A stretch of DNA of 37,610 nucleotides from Octopus sinensis. Lineage: Eukaryota. The stretch covers positions 1 to 37,610 of the forward strand of contig NW_021828043.1 in the NCBI RefSeq assembly GCF_006345805.1, read 5' to 3'. A program made the position numbers and the translations under genes. Positions 1-12,699 of this stretch are shown here, one piece after another (within the stretch, counting starts at the first letter, position 1; every line of letters begins with the position of its first letter). The notes under the pieces were generated by a model. That model was not told the DNA's origin. It worked only from the letters and a program-made list of their open reading frames with translations, and made no database searches.

Positions 1-221
1 AAAGCACTTTGTTTTAAATTGCTCCAGCCCACCCAACTGGCAGAAGTGAGGATGCCTATCATGGCCTGGCATCCTGTCCAGGGTGGGAGTGAGGGAAAAT
101 GTATAGAGAAAAATTTGGGAAACTGGCCTTTTGAACTAATGACTCCGGTAGGACATTTGAACACTTTTTTGATACTTACATGTACATATATGTATATGTG
201 CATATATATATATATATATCC

Positions 222-463
222 TATAAACAAGGGCAAAACAAAAAAATTCCAATGCCAAAAATGCTGAGAATAGACTTTAAATCGTCAATAACTACATATA
301 ATTCATCACTTTAAGCATGTGTCCCAAAGCAAGCTGACAGAAATTTCTAAAAAATTCTGTTGTAGTGTTTTTAAAGTGATGAATTATATGTGGTTATTGA
401 TGATTTAAAGTCTATTCTTGGCATTTTTGGCATTGGAATTTTTTTCTTTTGCCCTTGTTTATA
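222..463. mobile_element. MITE-like element with ~93-bp terminal inverted repeats
   Basis: 222-314 (tataaacaagggcaaaacaaaaaaattccaatgccaaaaatgctgagaatagactttaaatc...attcatcactttaa) is the near-perfect reverse complement of 370-463; ~55-bp spacer; ends in TA context. Confidence 0.75.
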
Positions 464-570
464 AGTTGTTTATAAATTTCACCTTGAAAGGTATTTTTTG
501 ATATGCTGGCCACTGATAAAATGTTTTTGAAAATGTTATCCTATATTATATATATATATATATATATATA

Positions 571-602
<32 letters not shown>

Positions 603-811
603 TCGGTAATGTTTGTTAAAGCACATTTGCTTGTAGATTGTTAGAGCAATATTATTAGGAAATTAAAGGAATATCTTATTAATTTATTAACATGTAAGAG
701 AGATAAATGTGTGTGTGTATGATGTGTGTGTGGTTGTATTGTGATAAGTGTGTCTGCATATATAGCACATGTAAGAGTGTGTAAGTGTGTGTGTGTATAA
801 GTAGTGTATAT

Positions 812-850
<39 letters not shown>

Positions 851-1174
851 TTATATATATATATATATATATATACATACACTTCTACTCACATGCTCAT
901 ACTTACATACATACAGATAACTCTTGTACATATACACATCACATTCTGTGTATATATATACAAGTAATATATATCTTGAACAGACATCAAATAAATCTAC
1001 AATCATTCTATTTAATAATGTTTATCGTACATTTGTAATTTTTCCTTATCTCCCGTAATCCTCCCTCAAAAAAAAAAAAAAAAAGGGGTCACTATATATT
1101 TTTTAGCTTATCAGGGGTGGGGCTGGTGCAGGTGATTTGACAACATCAATGAGAAAGAGGAAGGACAGACAATA

Positions 1175-1592
1175 TCTCCTTTCTCCTTTCTCCTTTACTT
1201 GTTTCAGTCATTTGACTGCGGCCATGCTGGAGCACCGCCTTTTAGTCGAGCAAATCGACCCCGGGACTTATTCTTTTTGTAAGCCCAGTACTTATTCTAT
1301 CGGTATCTTTTTGCCGAACCGCTAGTGACGGGGACGTAAACACACCAGCATCGGTTGTCAAGCAATGCTAGGGGGACAAAACAAAACAGACAAACACACA
1401 CACACACACATACATATATATATATACATATATACGACAGGCTCTTTCAGTTTCCGTCTACCAAATCCACTCACAAGGCTTAGGTCAGCCCGAGGCTATA
1501 GCAGAAGACACTTGCCCAAGGTGCCATGCAGTGGGACTGAACCCAGAACCATGTGGCTGGTAGACAAGCTACTTACCACACGGCCACTCCTG
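1175..1592 (-). mobile_element. Octopus tRNA-derived SINE, family 1, full length
   Basis: Minus strand starts GGAGTGGCCGTGTGG (A-box-like) ... GGGTTCAGTCCC (B-box-like), then ACCTTGGGCAAGTG (CORE/MIR-like), an internal (TA)/(TG) microsatellite and the 3' tail GGCGGTGCTCCAGCATGGCCGCAGTCAAATGACTGAAAC. Near-identical to copies at 8433, 20470, 26912 and 33267. Confidence 0.92.
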
Positions 1593-1757
1593 CGTCATTG
1601 TTGGAGATGCTGTTATCACTATAACAATAACTACAACAACAACCACTACGCTACCACAAAAAAATAAGATTAAGAAACTTCACCACAAACACCACTATTA
1701 TCAGTAGTAATAGTAGTAGCAGAAAAATTTATCATCATCATCATCATCATCATCATT

Positions 1758-1975
1758 AAAGTGGCAAGCTGGCAGAATCATTAGCACACCAGATGAAATT
1801 CTTAGCAGAAATTTGCCCATTGCTACATTCTGAGTTCAAATTCTGCTGAGGTTGACTTTGCCTTTCATCCTTTCAGGGTCGGTAAATTAAGTACCAGTGA
1901 AACACTAGGGGTCAATGTAATCGACTAGTCCCCTCCCCACAAATCTGAGGTCTTCTGCCTCCAGTAGAAAGGATT
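1758..1975 (+). mobile_element. tRNA-derived SINE, family 2 (Meta-domain-like core) with (TAT)n tail
   Basis: GGCAAGCTGGCAGAATCATTAGC head, GAGTTCAAATTC B-box-like motif, core GACTTTGCCTTTCATCCTTTCAGGGTCGGTAAATTAAGTACCAG, then a (TAT)n tail; homologous to 24558-24788. Confidence 0.85.
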
Positions 1976-1997
1976 ACTATTATTATTATTATTATTA

Positions 1998-2044
<47 letters not shown>

Positions 2045-2272
2045 TATATTATTAGTAGTAGTAGCGTAGTTACAGCTTTTAGTGATAAGTGTATTAACAA
2101 TAATAATAATAATAATAATAAAAGAAACAAGTAATGATAAGTATTTATTTTTATATAACAATAATAAATCTATCATCTTCTTATTCGTGTTATTATTGCT
2201 AATGTGAGATAGAAAAAAGATTAAATCTCATGTGTTTTTTAAATATAAAATTTTTTATGTATCTAAGCACAC

Positions 2273-2274
<2 letters not shown>

Positions 2275-2318
<44 letters not shown>

Positions 2319-2915
2319 TATGTAATATATATATATACATACAAATGTATATGTATACACATATATACATATATATATATATGTGTGTGTGTGTTGTGGG
2401 TATATATATATAATATATATATGTATATATATGTGTACATATATATATGTATATATATATGTGTATATATACATATATATATACATATATATATACATAT
2501 ACACACATATATATATACATATACACACATATATATATATATATAATATATATACGTATATATATACACACACACATACACATATATATATATACACACA
2601 GACACATACACTTATTTATATGTGTAGACATGAGCACACAGAGATATATATGTGTACACACACACGTATATAAATGTGTTTGCATTTGTGTATGTATATA
2701 TAGATGTAAGTATATATATATATGGTGTACTATATATATATAATAATATATATACATGTGCATAACGATATACTTATGTATACATATAAAATATATATAT
2801 ACACACACAATATGTATGTCTATTGTGTATATATATACATATATTTGTATGTTTGTGCCTGTATATGTGTGAGTGTGCATATGCACAAATTCTTTCATAG
2901 ACACACACACACGCA
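2275..2915. repeat. compound (TA)n/(TG)n/(CA)n microsatellite
   Basis: Direct reading; the overlapping ORFs are YIYI/HTHT artefacts. Confidence 0.95.
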
Positions 2916-3161
2916 CACACACCATCTGACATAATTTATATGTTGAACTGTCGACCAGCGTGAATTTGCTTCAAATCCACAAAACCATTCACTGGCTACG
3001 AATGGTCTTTAAATAATGATTATTGCAGCAATAATGAGATTTTTTTCCACAAGAAAACCTACCTGTCTTAGAAAAACCATTTATCATCAAAGTAAATGTA
3101 AGATCTACATGCTGCTTAAAAATGGACGCTCATTGGAAACCGAAAAGTTTGATAAAAAAGA

Positions 3162-3200
<39 letters not shown>

Positions 3201-3352
3201 GAGACACACTTGCAATAAAAAACAAATTAGATAAATAAAAGGTATGAATGGAAATTATTAAAAAGAACCACTTTTCTACCAAATTCACACTTCCTTCTTA
3301 GATAAAAAGTAAAGTTTCCAATTATTGTATCTCCTTTAAGAAACAGATCGCA

Positions 3353-3383
<31 letters not shown>

Positions 3384-3790
3384 AGAAAGAGAGGAAAATC
3401 ATGAAAAGCCAACCCATTAATACAATAGTATCAGGCTGATTCCACAACATAGTATGGCTGCTATGTATGGAGGTATCAATCTATGTTTCTATGTTTATGA
3501 TCTGTTCTTGTAATCTTTCACTGATTTCAGTCATTTGAGCAGTGGCCATGCTGGAGTACTGAATTAAAGAGTTCTGAGTTGATTACATTGATGCCAGTAA
3601 TGATTTCAGTTCGTTACTAACTTCAACCAATCTCTTTTTAGCAAATATCTAAGATATTTCTGTGATATTTTTGACACTGGATGGATTTAAAGCAACATAA
3701 ACACAGGTGTAGACATACATTCATACAGGTACACACACACATAAAAATACATACATATATATATATATATTATATATATATATATATATA

Positions 3791-3996
3791 GTTAATCCAA
3801 ACAAGAAAGCACAAAAAACACAACAACGCAAGGACGTGGAACAAATATAGTATTATTGGACGCTCAGGAAGGAAGGGAAGAAGGAGGGTTTAACGTTTCG
3901 AGCGGAGCTCTTCGTCGGAAACAGAGGAGAAGGAAAGATCCAGAGAAGGGAAGACAGAGGAAAGAAAATCGCCAACGGTACACACAAGGTCACATT
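3791..3996 (-). mobile_element. Penelope-like short repeat, family A, with hammerhead motif (U4C-mutated core)
   Basis: High identity to 23310-23519; minus strand 3922-3888 reads GUUU CCGACGA A GAGC UCC GCUC GAAAC GUU AAAC; 3' end abuts (TA)n. Confidence 0.75.
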
Positions 3997-4485
3997 TTAT
4001 ATACATGTGATATTTATACACCCAGTGGAATTATGTGAGTGATCAGGTTGCAGTTCACCTGATAAAAATTGTGAACCCTAATAATAAATGGTTAACAGTT
4101 TTTGTGTGTTTTTGAATGGTTGGGATGTGTCTTCTATGCTGCAATTGCTTTAGTTTCAACCCACAAGTCTCAGATCAAATCACTTGCCTCATGTGTGTGT
4201 GTGTGTGTGTGTGTGTGACGAGAGAAAGAAAAAAGAATTCGCAAGACTCTTTATTATTCACTCTAATCATCTCAACTAATTGTGCATTGATGCCTCGTGG
4301 TTGAGATGCTGTCAGACATTCTTCTTACTTTCACATTTTATAAACTCTACAGACACAAAGGAATTCCCTGAAATAAATCCAATGCTATTTACATCCATAT
4401 TGTTGATGATATCAGGTAGCGAAATACAGTGAACAGGCTTTTACAAGGTGTATTCAAATCACCAATTTAAAATCATTACTTAATT

Positions 4486-4522
<37 letters not shown>

Positions 4523-4530
4523 GGTGTTGT

Positions 4531-4576
<46 letters not shown>

Positions 4577-4579
<3 letters not shown>

Positions 4580-4764
4580 AGAGTTTACGAAAAAGACAAA
4601 AGACGAAGACAGGTGGTGTACAAAACAAACAGATGTATTAGTATAACGCTCAGGAATAGAAAAAGTCTTTTACGTTTCGAGCCTATGCTCTTCTACAGAA
4701 AGGGACACAGAAAAAAACAAGGAGACAAACAAGGATAGAAAAAAATATGTGTAGTGGCTAACGA
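4577..4764 (-). mobile_element. Penelope-like short repeat, family B, with hammerhead motif
   Basis: High identity to the inverted copy at 29681-29873; minus strand 4702-4667 reads CUUU CUGUAGA A GAGC AUAG GCUC GAAAC GUA AAAG; 3' end abuts (TA)n. Confidence 0.75.
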
Positions 4765-4765
4765 T

Positions 4766-4807
<42 letters not shown>

Positions 4808-5132
4808 GAATATATATAAAGAAAATATATATATTCTTTTATTTAAAATATGGTACAAAGATTATTTTGACAAAGATAATCATTTACACTTTACACTTGT
4901 ATCATGCTCTGAATACTAATATTTGAAATTGCAATGATCCATCTACCAAATTCCACTGAAAAATGCTTTGGTATATATGTGTCTATCATAGAAGACCCAT
5001 GCCCCAAAGAGCTGTGGAATTGGATGTTTCCTTAAAACTATGCATGTCACTGTATGTCATCCATTCTTGTGACTGTCCATTGTACATCTACTCAAAAATC
5101 TGGATGAGAAACTATCTTCTCCATTTTGGCTG

Positions 5133-5171
<39 letters not shown>

Positions 5172-5246
5172 TCATATATGCATATTTATAGCTGCACTTA
5201 TGAGTGAAATGCAAGTATGTGTTTTTTGAGAGAGTGAGAGAAAAAG

Positions 5247-5286
<40 letters not shown>

Positions 5287-5387
5287 ATACACTCATATAT
5301 ATATGTTGTGGGTGTGTATATATTCATATATATATATGTATATATACAGCTTTATCTATAGCTACATATATACACCCATACATATTA

Positions 5388-5425
<38 letters not shown>

Positions 5426-5927
5426 TTGTGTGTATATATTCATATATATATATATATATATAATAATATTATATATATATACCATATATGTGCATATATA
5501 CTCATATATAATTGTTAAGCAGGACAGCGAACAGCACTTAGTGTACCTAATCGTTAGGATCACCTGTGAACTAAACCCTCATACTTTGCATATATTCATA
5601 TATGTATTCGTTAGTTTTGTTGCATTCTATGTATAGGCATAATTTTTCTGTCATCTTCACGCACACACACACACACAACACACACACACACACAAGTATG
5701 TACATAATTAATAGAAAGGAAGGCAAAGAAAATTTTTAGAAATTATTTCTTTGTTATTTTTATGTTATGTTGTCACTGTTACTGTAGTCATCATCATCAT
5801 CATCGTCATCATCATCATCATCATCATCATTGTACCTTCTTTCTGTGCAGACACACAGATATATATTATTTATTACAAGAACAGTTTATATAGATAAACA
5901 TTAAACGTATCTTTCTGTCTATCTATT

Positions 5928-5959
<32 letters not shown>

Positions 5960-6076
5960 ATATATAATATATATATATATGTATATATATATGTATATAT
6001 ATATATGTATATATATATATGTATAATATGTATATATAATATGTATATATATGTATGTATTATATATATGTATATG

Positions 6077-6107
<31 letters not shown>

Positions 6108-6338
6108 GTATATATATGTATATATATATGTATATATATATATGTATATATTGTATATATATATATGTATATGTATGTATATATATATGTATGTGTATAT
6201 ATATATATATATATATAATATATATATAGTTATATATATATATATATATATCTAGTATATGTATATATATGTATATATAGATATATGATATATATATGTA
6301 TATATAATATAGTATATAATATGTATATATTATATATG

Positions 6339-6435
<97 letters not shown>

Positions 6436-6563
6436 TGTATATATATATATATGTATATTATATATGTATATATAATATATATTGTATATATATATATATG
6501 TATTATATATATATGTTATATTATATTTGTATATATATATATGTATATATATATATATGTATA

Positions 6564-6610
<47 letters not shown>

Positions 6611-6619
6611 GTATATATG

Positions 6620-6657
<38 letters not shown>

Positions 6658-6807
6658 TGTATATATATTATATATATGTATATATATATATATGTATGTA
6701 TTATATATATATGTATGTATATATATATGTATGTATATATATATATATGTATGTAATATATATATATGTATGTTATATATATATAGTATGTATATATATA
6801 TATAATG

Positions 6808-6839
<32 letters not shown>

Positions 6840-6885
6840 TGTTAATATATATATGTATAATATATATATGTATATATATATTATG

Positions 6886-6978
<93 letters not shown>

Positions 6979-7300
6979 TAATATGATATATATATATATG
7001 TATATATATATATATGTATGTATATATGTATGTATATATATATGTATTATATATATGTTTTATAATGTATAATTATATGTATATATATATATATGTATAT
7101 ATATAGATTAAATATATATGATATATATATATGTATATATATATATATGTATATATATATGTATATATATATGTATGTATATATATATGAATATATATAT
7201 TATATATATATATATGTATATTATATATGTATATATATATATATGTTATATATAGTATATATGTATATATGTATATATATATATATATGTGTGTGTGTGT
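5960..7300. repeat. ~1.3-kb degenerate (TA)n/(TATATG)n microsatellite
   Basis: Direct reading; almost only T/A with periodic G. Confidence 0.97.
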
Positions 7301-8139
7301 ATTACAACACACAATGCACAAATACTTGAACATGTATCTGAAAATAGGTAGAAACTTTACCCTCTCCTCATCCTGTGCTTTCATTCATACATACACGCAC
7401 ACACCTTGACACAAAGTGCATATACATGCACTTATTCCTATTGATACTGTTGCTGCTGCTGCTACTACTACTACTGCTGCTGCTGTTCTATACTTCTGTT
7501 TGCTGCATTTATAAAGCATTACCATTTGCACCAAGTCTTCAAAAGTGAATCTCTGCCAATGTTTAGTGCCAATATAGCCATTATCACATGTGAATTATGA
7601 ACTCTCCCAAGACAATTTGCTTCCTTACCTGCATTCCTTTACCTATATTCCACCTCATCCACCAAAGCATTTAAGTGAAAATAAAACCTATGTATTGATA
7701 AGAAAGCAATAATAAGGAACAACAACCAACACAAAATTAGGAGAAAACGTAAAAGAATAAAACTAAAACATAAATATATAAAGATAAATAAATCAGCAAA
7801 AATGTTTAATTTTAGTTCAAGAATACAATATTGGTTAGCTGTTCGAAATGGAATCATCCTACAACATCCTAATGTATGGCATCGCATTTCTTATTTATTG
7901 TACTAATATTCTTATAAAAGGATTGCATCGGCCACTGCACAGACGTTGGCCTATTGCTTCTTCCCATGTTGGAGGTGTAAGACGGTTGCTACATGATGCA
8001 CATGACAAAAGCTTGGTGGTTTCCTTTCATGTAGCAAGTGCACACTCACAACCACTCAGACACAGACGCATGTATACACGGATATGCATAAATACATTTC
8101 AAAGCCTGTGAAGGTATATATATATATGTATGAATGCAA

Positions 8140-8320
8140 AGCAGCTTGGGCAAGTGTCTTCTACTGTTTGAAAGCCTGTGTGTGTGTGTGTATACCTTTG
8201 TGTTTGGTGTTTGTTTCCTACCACCACCTGACAACTACTGTTTGTTGGTTTACATCCCTGTAACTTAACAGTTCAGCATATGAATTAGATTGAATAAGTA
8301 CCAGGTGTGCAAAAAAAGAA
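8140..8320 (+). mobile_element. degenerate SINE family 1 fragment
   Basis: cttgggcaagtgtcttctact ... gtttacatccctgtaacttaacagttcagc ... gattgaataagtacc matches the family 1 body. Confidence 0.7.
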
Positions 8321-8432
8321 ACACAGCAACTATGGCCAGAGTACGTTCTGTACCATTTTGGATTCCTTTTACTTGTTGGTTAGTTAGGAGAGTCGGTACG
8401 CCTCACTTGCAATGGCAGTTTTCAAATTTCTG

Positions 8433-8896
8433 CTCTTTACTCTTTTTCTCTTTTACTCGTTTCAGTCATTTGACTGCGGCCATGCTGGAGCACCGCCTTT
8501 CATCAAGCAACTTGACCCTGGGACTTATTCTTTTTTGTAAGCCCAATACTTATTGTATCGGTCTCTTTTGCCGAACCGATAAGTAACGGGGACATAAGCA
8601 CACCATCATCGGTTGTCAAGCAATGTTGGGGGGACAAACACAGACACACAAACACACACACACACATATATATATATATACGACGGGTTTCTTTCTGTTT
8701 CCGTCTACCAAATCCACACACACATATATATATATACGACGGGCTTCTTTCAGTTTCCGTCTACCAAATCCACTCACAAGGCATTGGTCGGCCCGAGGCT
8801 ATAGCAGAAGACACTTGCCCAAGGTGTCAAGCAGTGGGACTGAACCCGCAACCATGTGGTTGGTTAGCAAGCTACTTACCACACAGCCATTCCTGC
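8433..8896 (-). mobile_element. SINE family 1, full length, with ~55-bp internal tandem duplication
   Basis: Family 1 consensus; the acacacatatatatatacgacgggyttctttc.gtttccgtctaccaaatccac segment occurs twice (~8660-8716 and ~8717-8773). Confidence 0.92.
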
Positions 8897-9499
8897 TATA
8901 AAATTTTAAAATTTTCTTTTTCTTTATAAGGCCAAATATCTGTTATAAAATGAAGAGCTGCGGGGGTGTGTGAATAGGGTTGGAATGTGGATAGAATAAA
9001 TCTAAAGAATCAAGTTTTTGGTAATACAACACAACTAATGATAAGCATGGAAACGTTATATTTCTGCGTCCAACTGAAAAAGAAAGACAGAAAGAATGAA
9101 AGAAAGAAAAGTATATTACTTCTTCAGGGTGTACCATCTCTCTCTCTCTTCATCAAATTCATCAACCACCTATCTCTCTCCTATCTCCTCTCTCACTCTT
9201 GCTACTCTCCCTCTCTCTCACCTGTTACCACCCTTTCTATATAATTCCCTACCTATTGCTTATGTTCTCTCTCTCTATCTCTCACACACCTGCTCTTTAA
9301 CTTTCCATGTATTTCTCCATTCATCCCCTATGTCCTCACATCTGCACCCCACTTTCGCCATCATCCTCTCTCTCTGCCACCTGCCCCTTACTCTCTAGAT
9401 GATTCCCTATTGATGGCTCCTGTTATCCTCAATAATACAGGAAGGAGAAAGTTTTAAGGGCTATGATTACTAGTTTTCTCTTCATTGCCAACATCACTG

Positions 9500-9601
9500 A
9501 TGTTTGTTGTTGTTGTTGTTACTACTACTCCTACTACTACTCCTCCTCCTCCTCCTCCTACTACTACTACTACTACTACTACTATTACTACTACTACTAC
9601 T
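9500..9601. repeat. (TGT)n-(CTA)n-(TCC)n-(CTA)n compound trinucleotide repeat
   Basis: Direct reading. Confidence 0.95.
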
Positions 9602-11170
9602 GGTGTTGTTATTACTGCTTTGTTTTAGTTGTTAGTCATTGTGTGCTCTCTTTGTTAGACGACCACAAACCAAACTAACGTCACACAGCCCACTCCGCTC
9701 TCCCACTCTCCTTCCTTTCACCCTTCCTTTCATATGCATCATCTAGAACCAACAATATAAGTGTACACCAGACCTGATCCCTACCACCACCACTAAAAGC
9801 TCCCCTCCTCCTCCTCCTCCTTCAAGTCACCACAACTAAAATGTCTCACAAACTTACAGAAGGTGTCTTTGTCTCCCCCACCCCCATTCATTTTCGTTGA
9901 TCCTCTCTACTTCCTCCCCGTTGTGTGATTCTATCAAGAACATCAAAGTAGTTGAGTTTATTGGTCGTTGTCCTCTTTTAGGGTGTATAAGTATATCCAA
10001 AATACAACATCTGATATACAACCTGTTGTCCAGCACAACTGCAGGGGCCAGCAAAGTTTACTCTGACAAGCAATAATAATAGGGATGCATGGAATGGGCC
10101 AATAAATCTCCTCTTTGGTCTTGCACTGATGCCCTGAGATCTGAATCCTCATTAGAGACTTGGTCTGCGTAACTTCAAGGTGGCCTTGTAGCTCCCTCAC
10201 AGTCCAGGTTTTGGCCAAAAACCATGGGTTTTACAGTATCGTCCACAGGATTGTTCTAGCATAAGGAAAAAAACAAACAAAAGAATTCTTCCTCTTTCCT
10301 TTTAGTTACCAACAGAAATCCTCATCAGCTTCATATCATATATCCTCATTCTATTTCAGACAGTGTATCTAGGACTACGTTATCTAATGTGCTCTTCATT
10401 TCTTTTTTTAAGATGCTAAAGTGTAATTTGTGAGGGATTTTTCTACTATTTCTGGCATAGATATATATACCTGTGTGTGTGTGTGTTCATATGACAGATC
10501 TCTAAATGTTATGGCTGATTGTTCCAAATGTGGGATTGTGTAGAATACACTGAAGTTTTTAATGTCTTATTAGAATCTACTGCTCTGTCTTTCCAAGGAT
10601 TGTAATTTGGAAATATATTCCTTCCTGGAGAAATTGTTTAGGATGTCTTTCAAGCTGTTTTATGGCACATTCTTCTTTAGTAGTCATTTATGTTACCTTT
10701 ATAGACATTTTAAGGGTATTTTCATTATAAACACTACACTTCTATTTGGCTGACTCCTTTAAACTAACCAAAACTCATTGCCAAGTTCACTGGAGAGCAA
10801 TTCTCTCACAGAATATCAATTGCTACAGCATATAACCATCAATAAGCATAAGTATCAACAGAAGCAACTCTCTCTCTCCCTCTCTCTCTCACATTTCCAA
10901 CTTCCTCTCAAGGTTTTCTATTAAATGACTTTTCCAAGTTTCCCTTCATCACACTGTAAGTTATTTATCCTGGATAACCAGATAAACCATGGTCTCTTTA
11001 ATCTAGTCATTATATATATATATGTATATACATATATCGATGGGTGAATGAATTATCCTATGTTTACCACCATGAATTATCCTATGTTTTCATTACCGAA
11101 TGAATTATCCTATGTTTATTTATTTATTGATATATATATATATACATATACATATATGTACACATATATA

Positions 11171-11600
11171 TCATCATCATCATTTAATCTCCATTGTCCA
11201 TGCTGGCATGGGTTGGGCAGTTTGACTAGGCTGGCACGCTGGACGGGTGCACCAGACTCCAGTCTGATTTGGCATAGTTTTCTACGACTGGATGCCCTTC
11301 CTAATGCCAACCACTCTGAGAGTGAAATCAGTGTTTTTATGTACCACCTGCATGGGTGCCATTTGCATGACACCAGGATGCGTGACACCAGTATCTGCCA
11401 CGACTGCGATTTTGCTTGGCTTGATGGGTCTTCTTCTTCTCAAGCACGACATAATGCCAAAGGTCTTGGTCATTGACTCCATGAGGCCCTAACACTCGAA
11501 AGGAACTCAACTGCTTTGCCTCTGTGAGGCCCAATGCTTGAAAGGAACTCAGCCACCTTGCCTCTTTGAGGCCTAACAGTCGAAAGGAACTCAGCCACTC
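11171..11600 (-). mobile_element. RTE-clade LINE 3' end / non-autonomous derivative
   Basis: Minus strand encodes the decayed RTE C-terminus (..DQDLWHYVVLEKKKTHQAK, ORF 11337-11534), followed by the GGTTGGCATTAGGAAGGGCATCCAG 3' UTR and a (GAT)n tail; homologous to 35935-36327. Confidence 0.85.
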
Positions 11601-12699
11601 CTCTTTTTATCCTTTCTCCTCTTCTTAACATAACAGTAAGTTCATGGAAAATAATATACTTTGGGAGAAGTATAATATAGTGTACTAAATATAATGTAGT
11701 TGCTATAAGATAGAATTATTAAGAGAGTCTTAATAAAGTTGCTTATACTGTTAGAAATATAAGCCAAATATTTTTCAGATCAGAATGTTCCATCTTAAAA
11801 AAGAAATGGATTTATACATCGATTCATGTCCTTGATGTGCTATACCTTAAAAAAAGAAAAAAAAACCAAGGATGGTCACAGCTTGAACTCCTTTGATCAT
11901 AGATGGACTTAATGTCAAGATGGGGCTCAATAACAACAACAACTTACTTTACAGATTGCATTTAGTGGACACTTTTATGTGTTTTTTCCATTCTGTCCAC
12001 TTCGTTTTGAAAACCAGATTCCTGCCAATACATCAGTACAATAACAAAAAAAAAAAATCTGTTTTGGTACATGACTAAATTAGGTCTTTGGTTTGTCAGT
12101 GTTATAATCTGAGGAAACAGATGCCAGATATTGAGTTTTTTTTTTGTGTACATGTGTGTGTGTGTGTGTGTGTGTATACCTATAAATAATTTATTGTTCC
12201 AACTTTTCCAATTCCATATCATGAGGTGGGGTCTAGCAGTCATAGATTGCTGGTATTGTTCTTCAAAGTTTTATCCAACTTTCATTTACTCTGTATGTTT
12301 TTCTCCATTGATGTCTTTATCGTTGTTTTGGATTTACTTTTAAAACCAACCAACCAGCCCCAGACTGTCTCTACAATAATGTTCATATTTAAATTCAAAT
12401 CTCAGTCAAAATTTCATTAAAGCATAAATGATATATTTTATAATTTCAGTTAATCAACATAAATATTAGGTTACAGATATTTTACTATGCACCACCAAAA
12501 TCAAAATCTGAGAGTTGGTCATTGTTTAATTAGAGTAAATCTTCATTTGATTTTAATTATAATTCAATTCCATGATGGTAAATTTTCACTAGTCAACATC
12601 AATATAACGTATTACATTACAGACATTTTGCAAAATACCCCTGAAATCTTCATTACATCAAAATCAGTTGAAACATATAGGTAGTCTATTTATCAACAA

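Noticed and set aside
7643-7690. Minus-strand frame ..LKCFGG-TGA-GGI* resembling a SELENOK/SELENOS-like GGU terminus
   Set aside because: No upstream Pro/Gly/Arg-rich similarity and no SECIS that I could identify; GGTGGATGA is easily coincidental.
9958-10255. Minus-strand ORF (AKTWTVRELQGHLE) after a strong pyrimidine-rich acceptor, faintly ubiquitin-like
   Set aside because: Similarity is limited to a few residues, the QRLIY/G..L.D motif is absent, and no frame can be chosen. BLASTX would decide.
10500-10680. Possible CR1 ORF2 linker remnant (KEECAIKQLERHPKQF, cf. E..AI..I..NPK.F) on the minus strand
   Set aside because: A single short motif match; too weak to list as a feature without a profile search.
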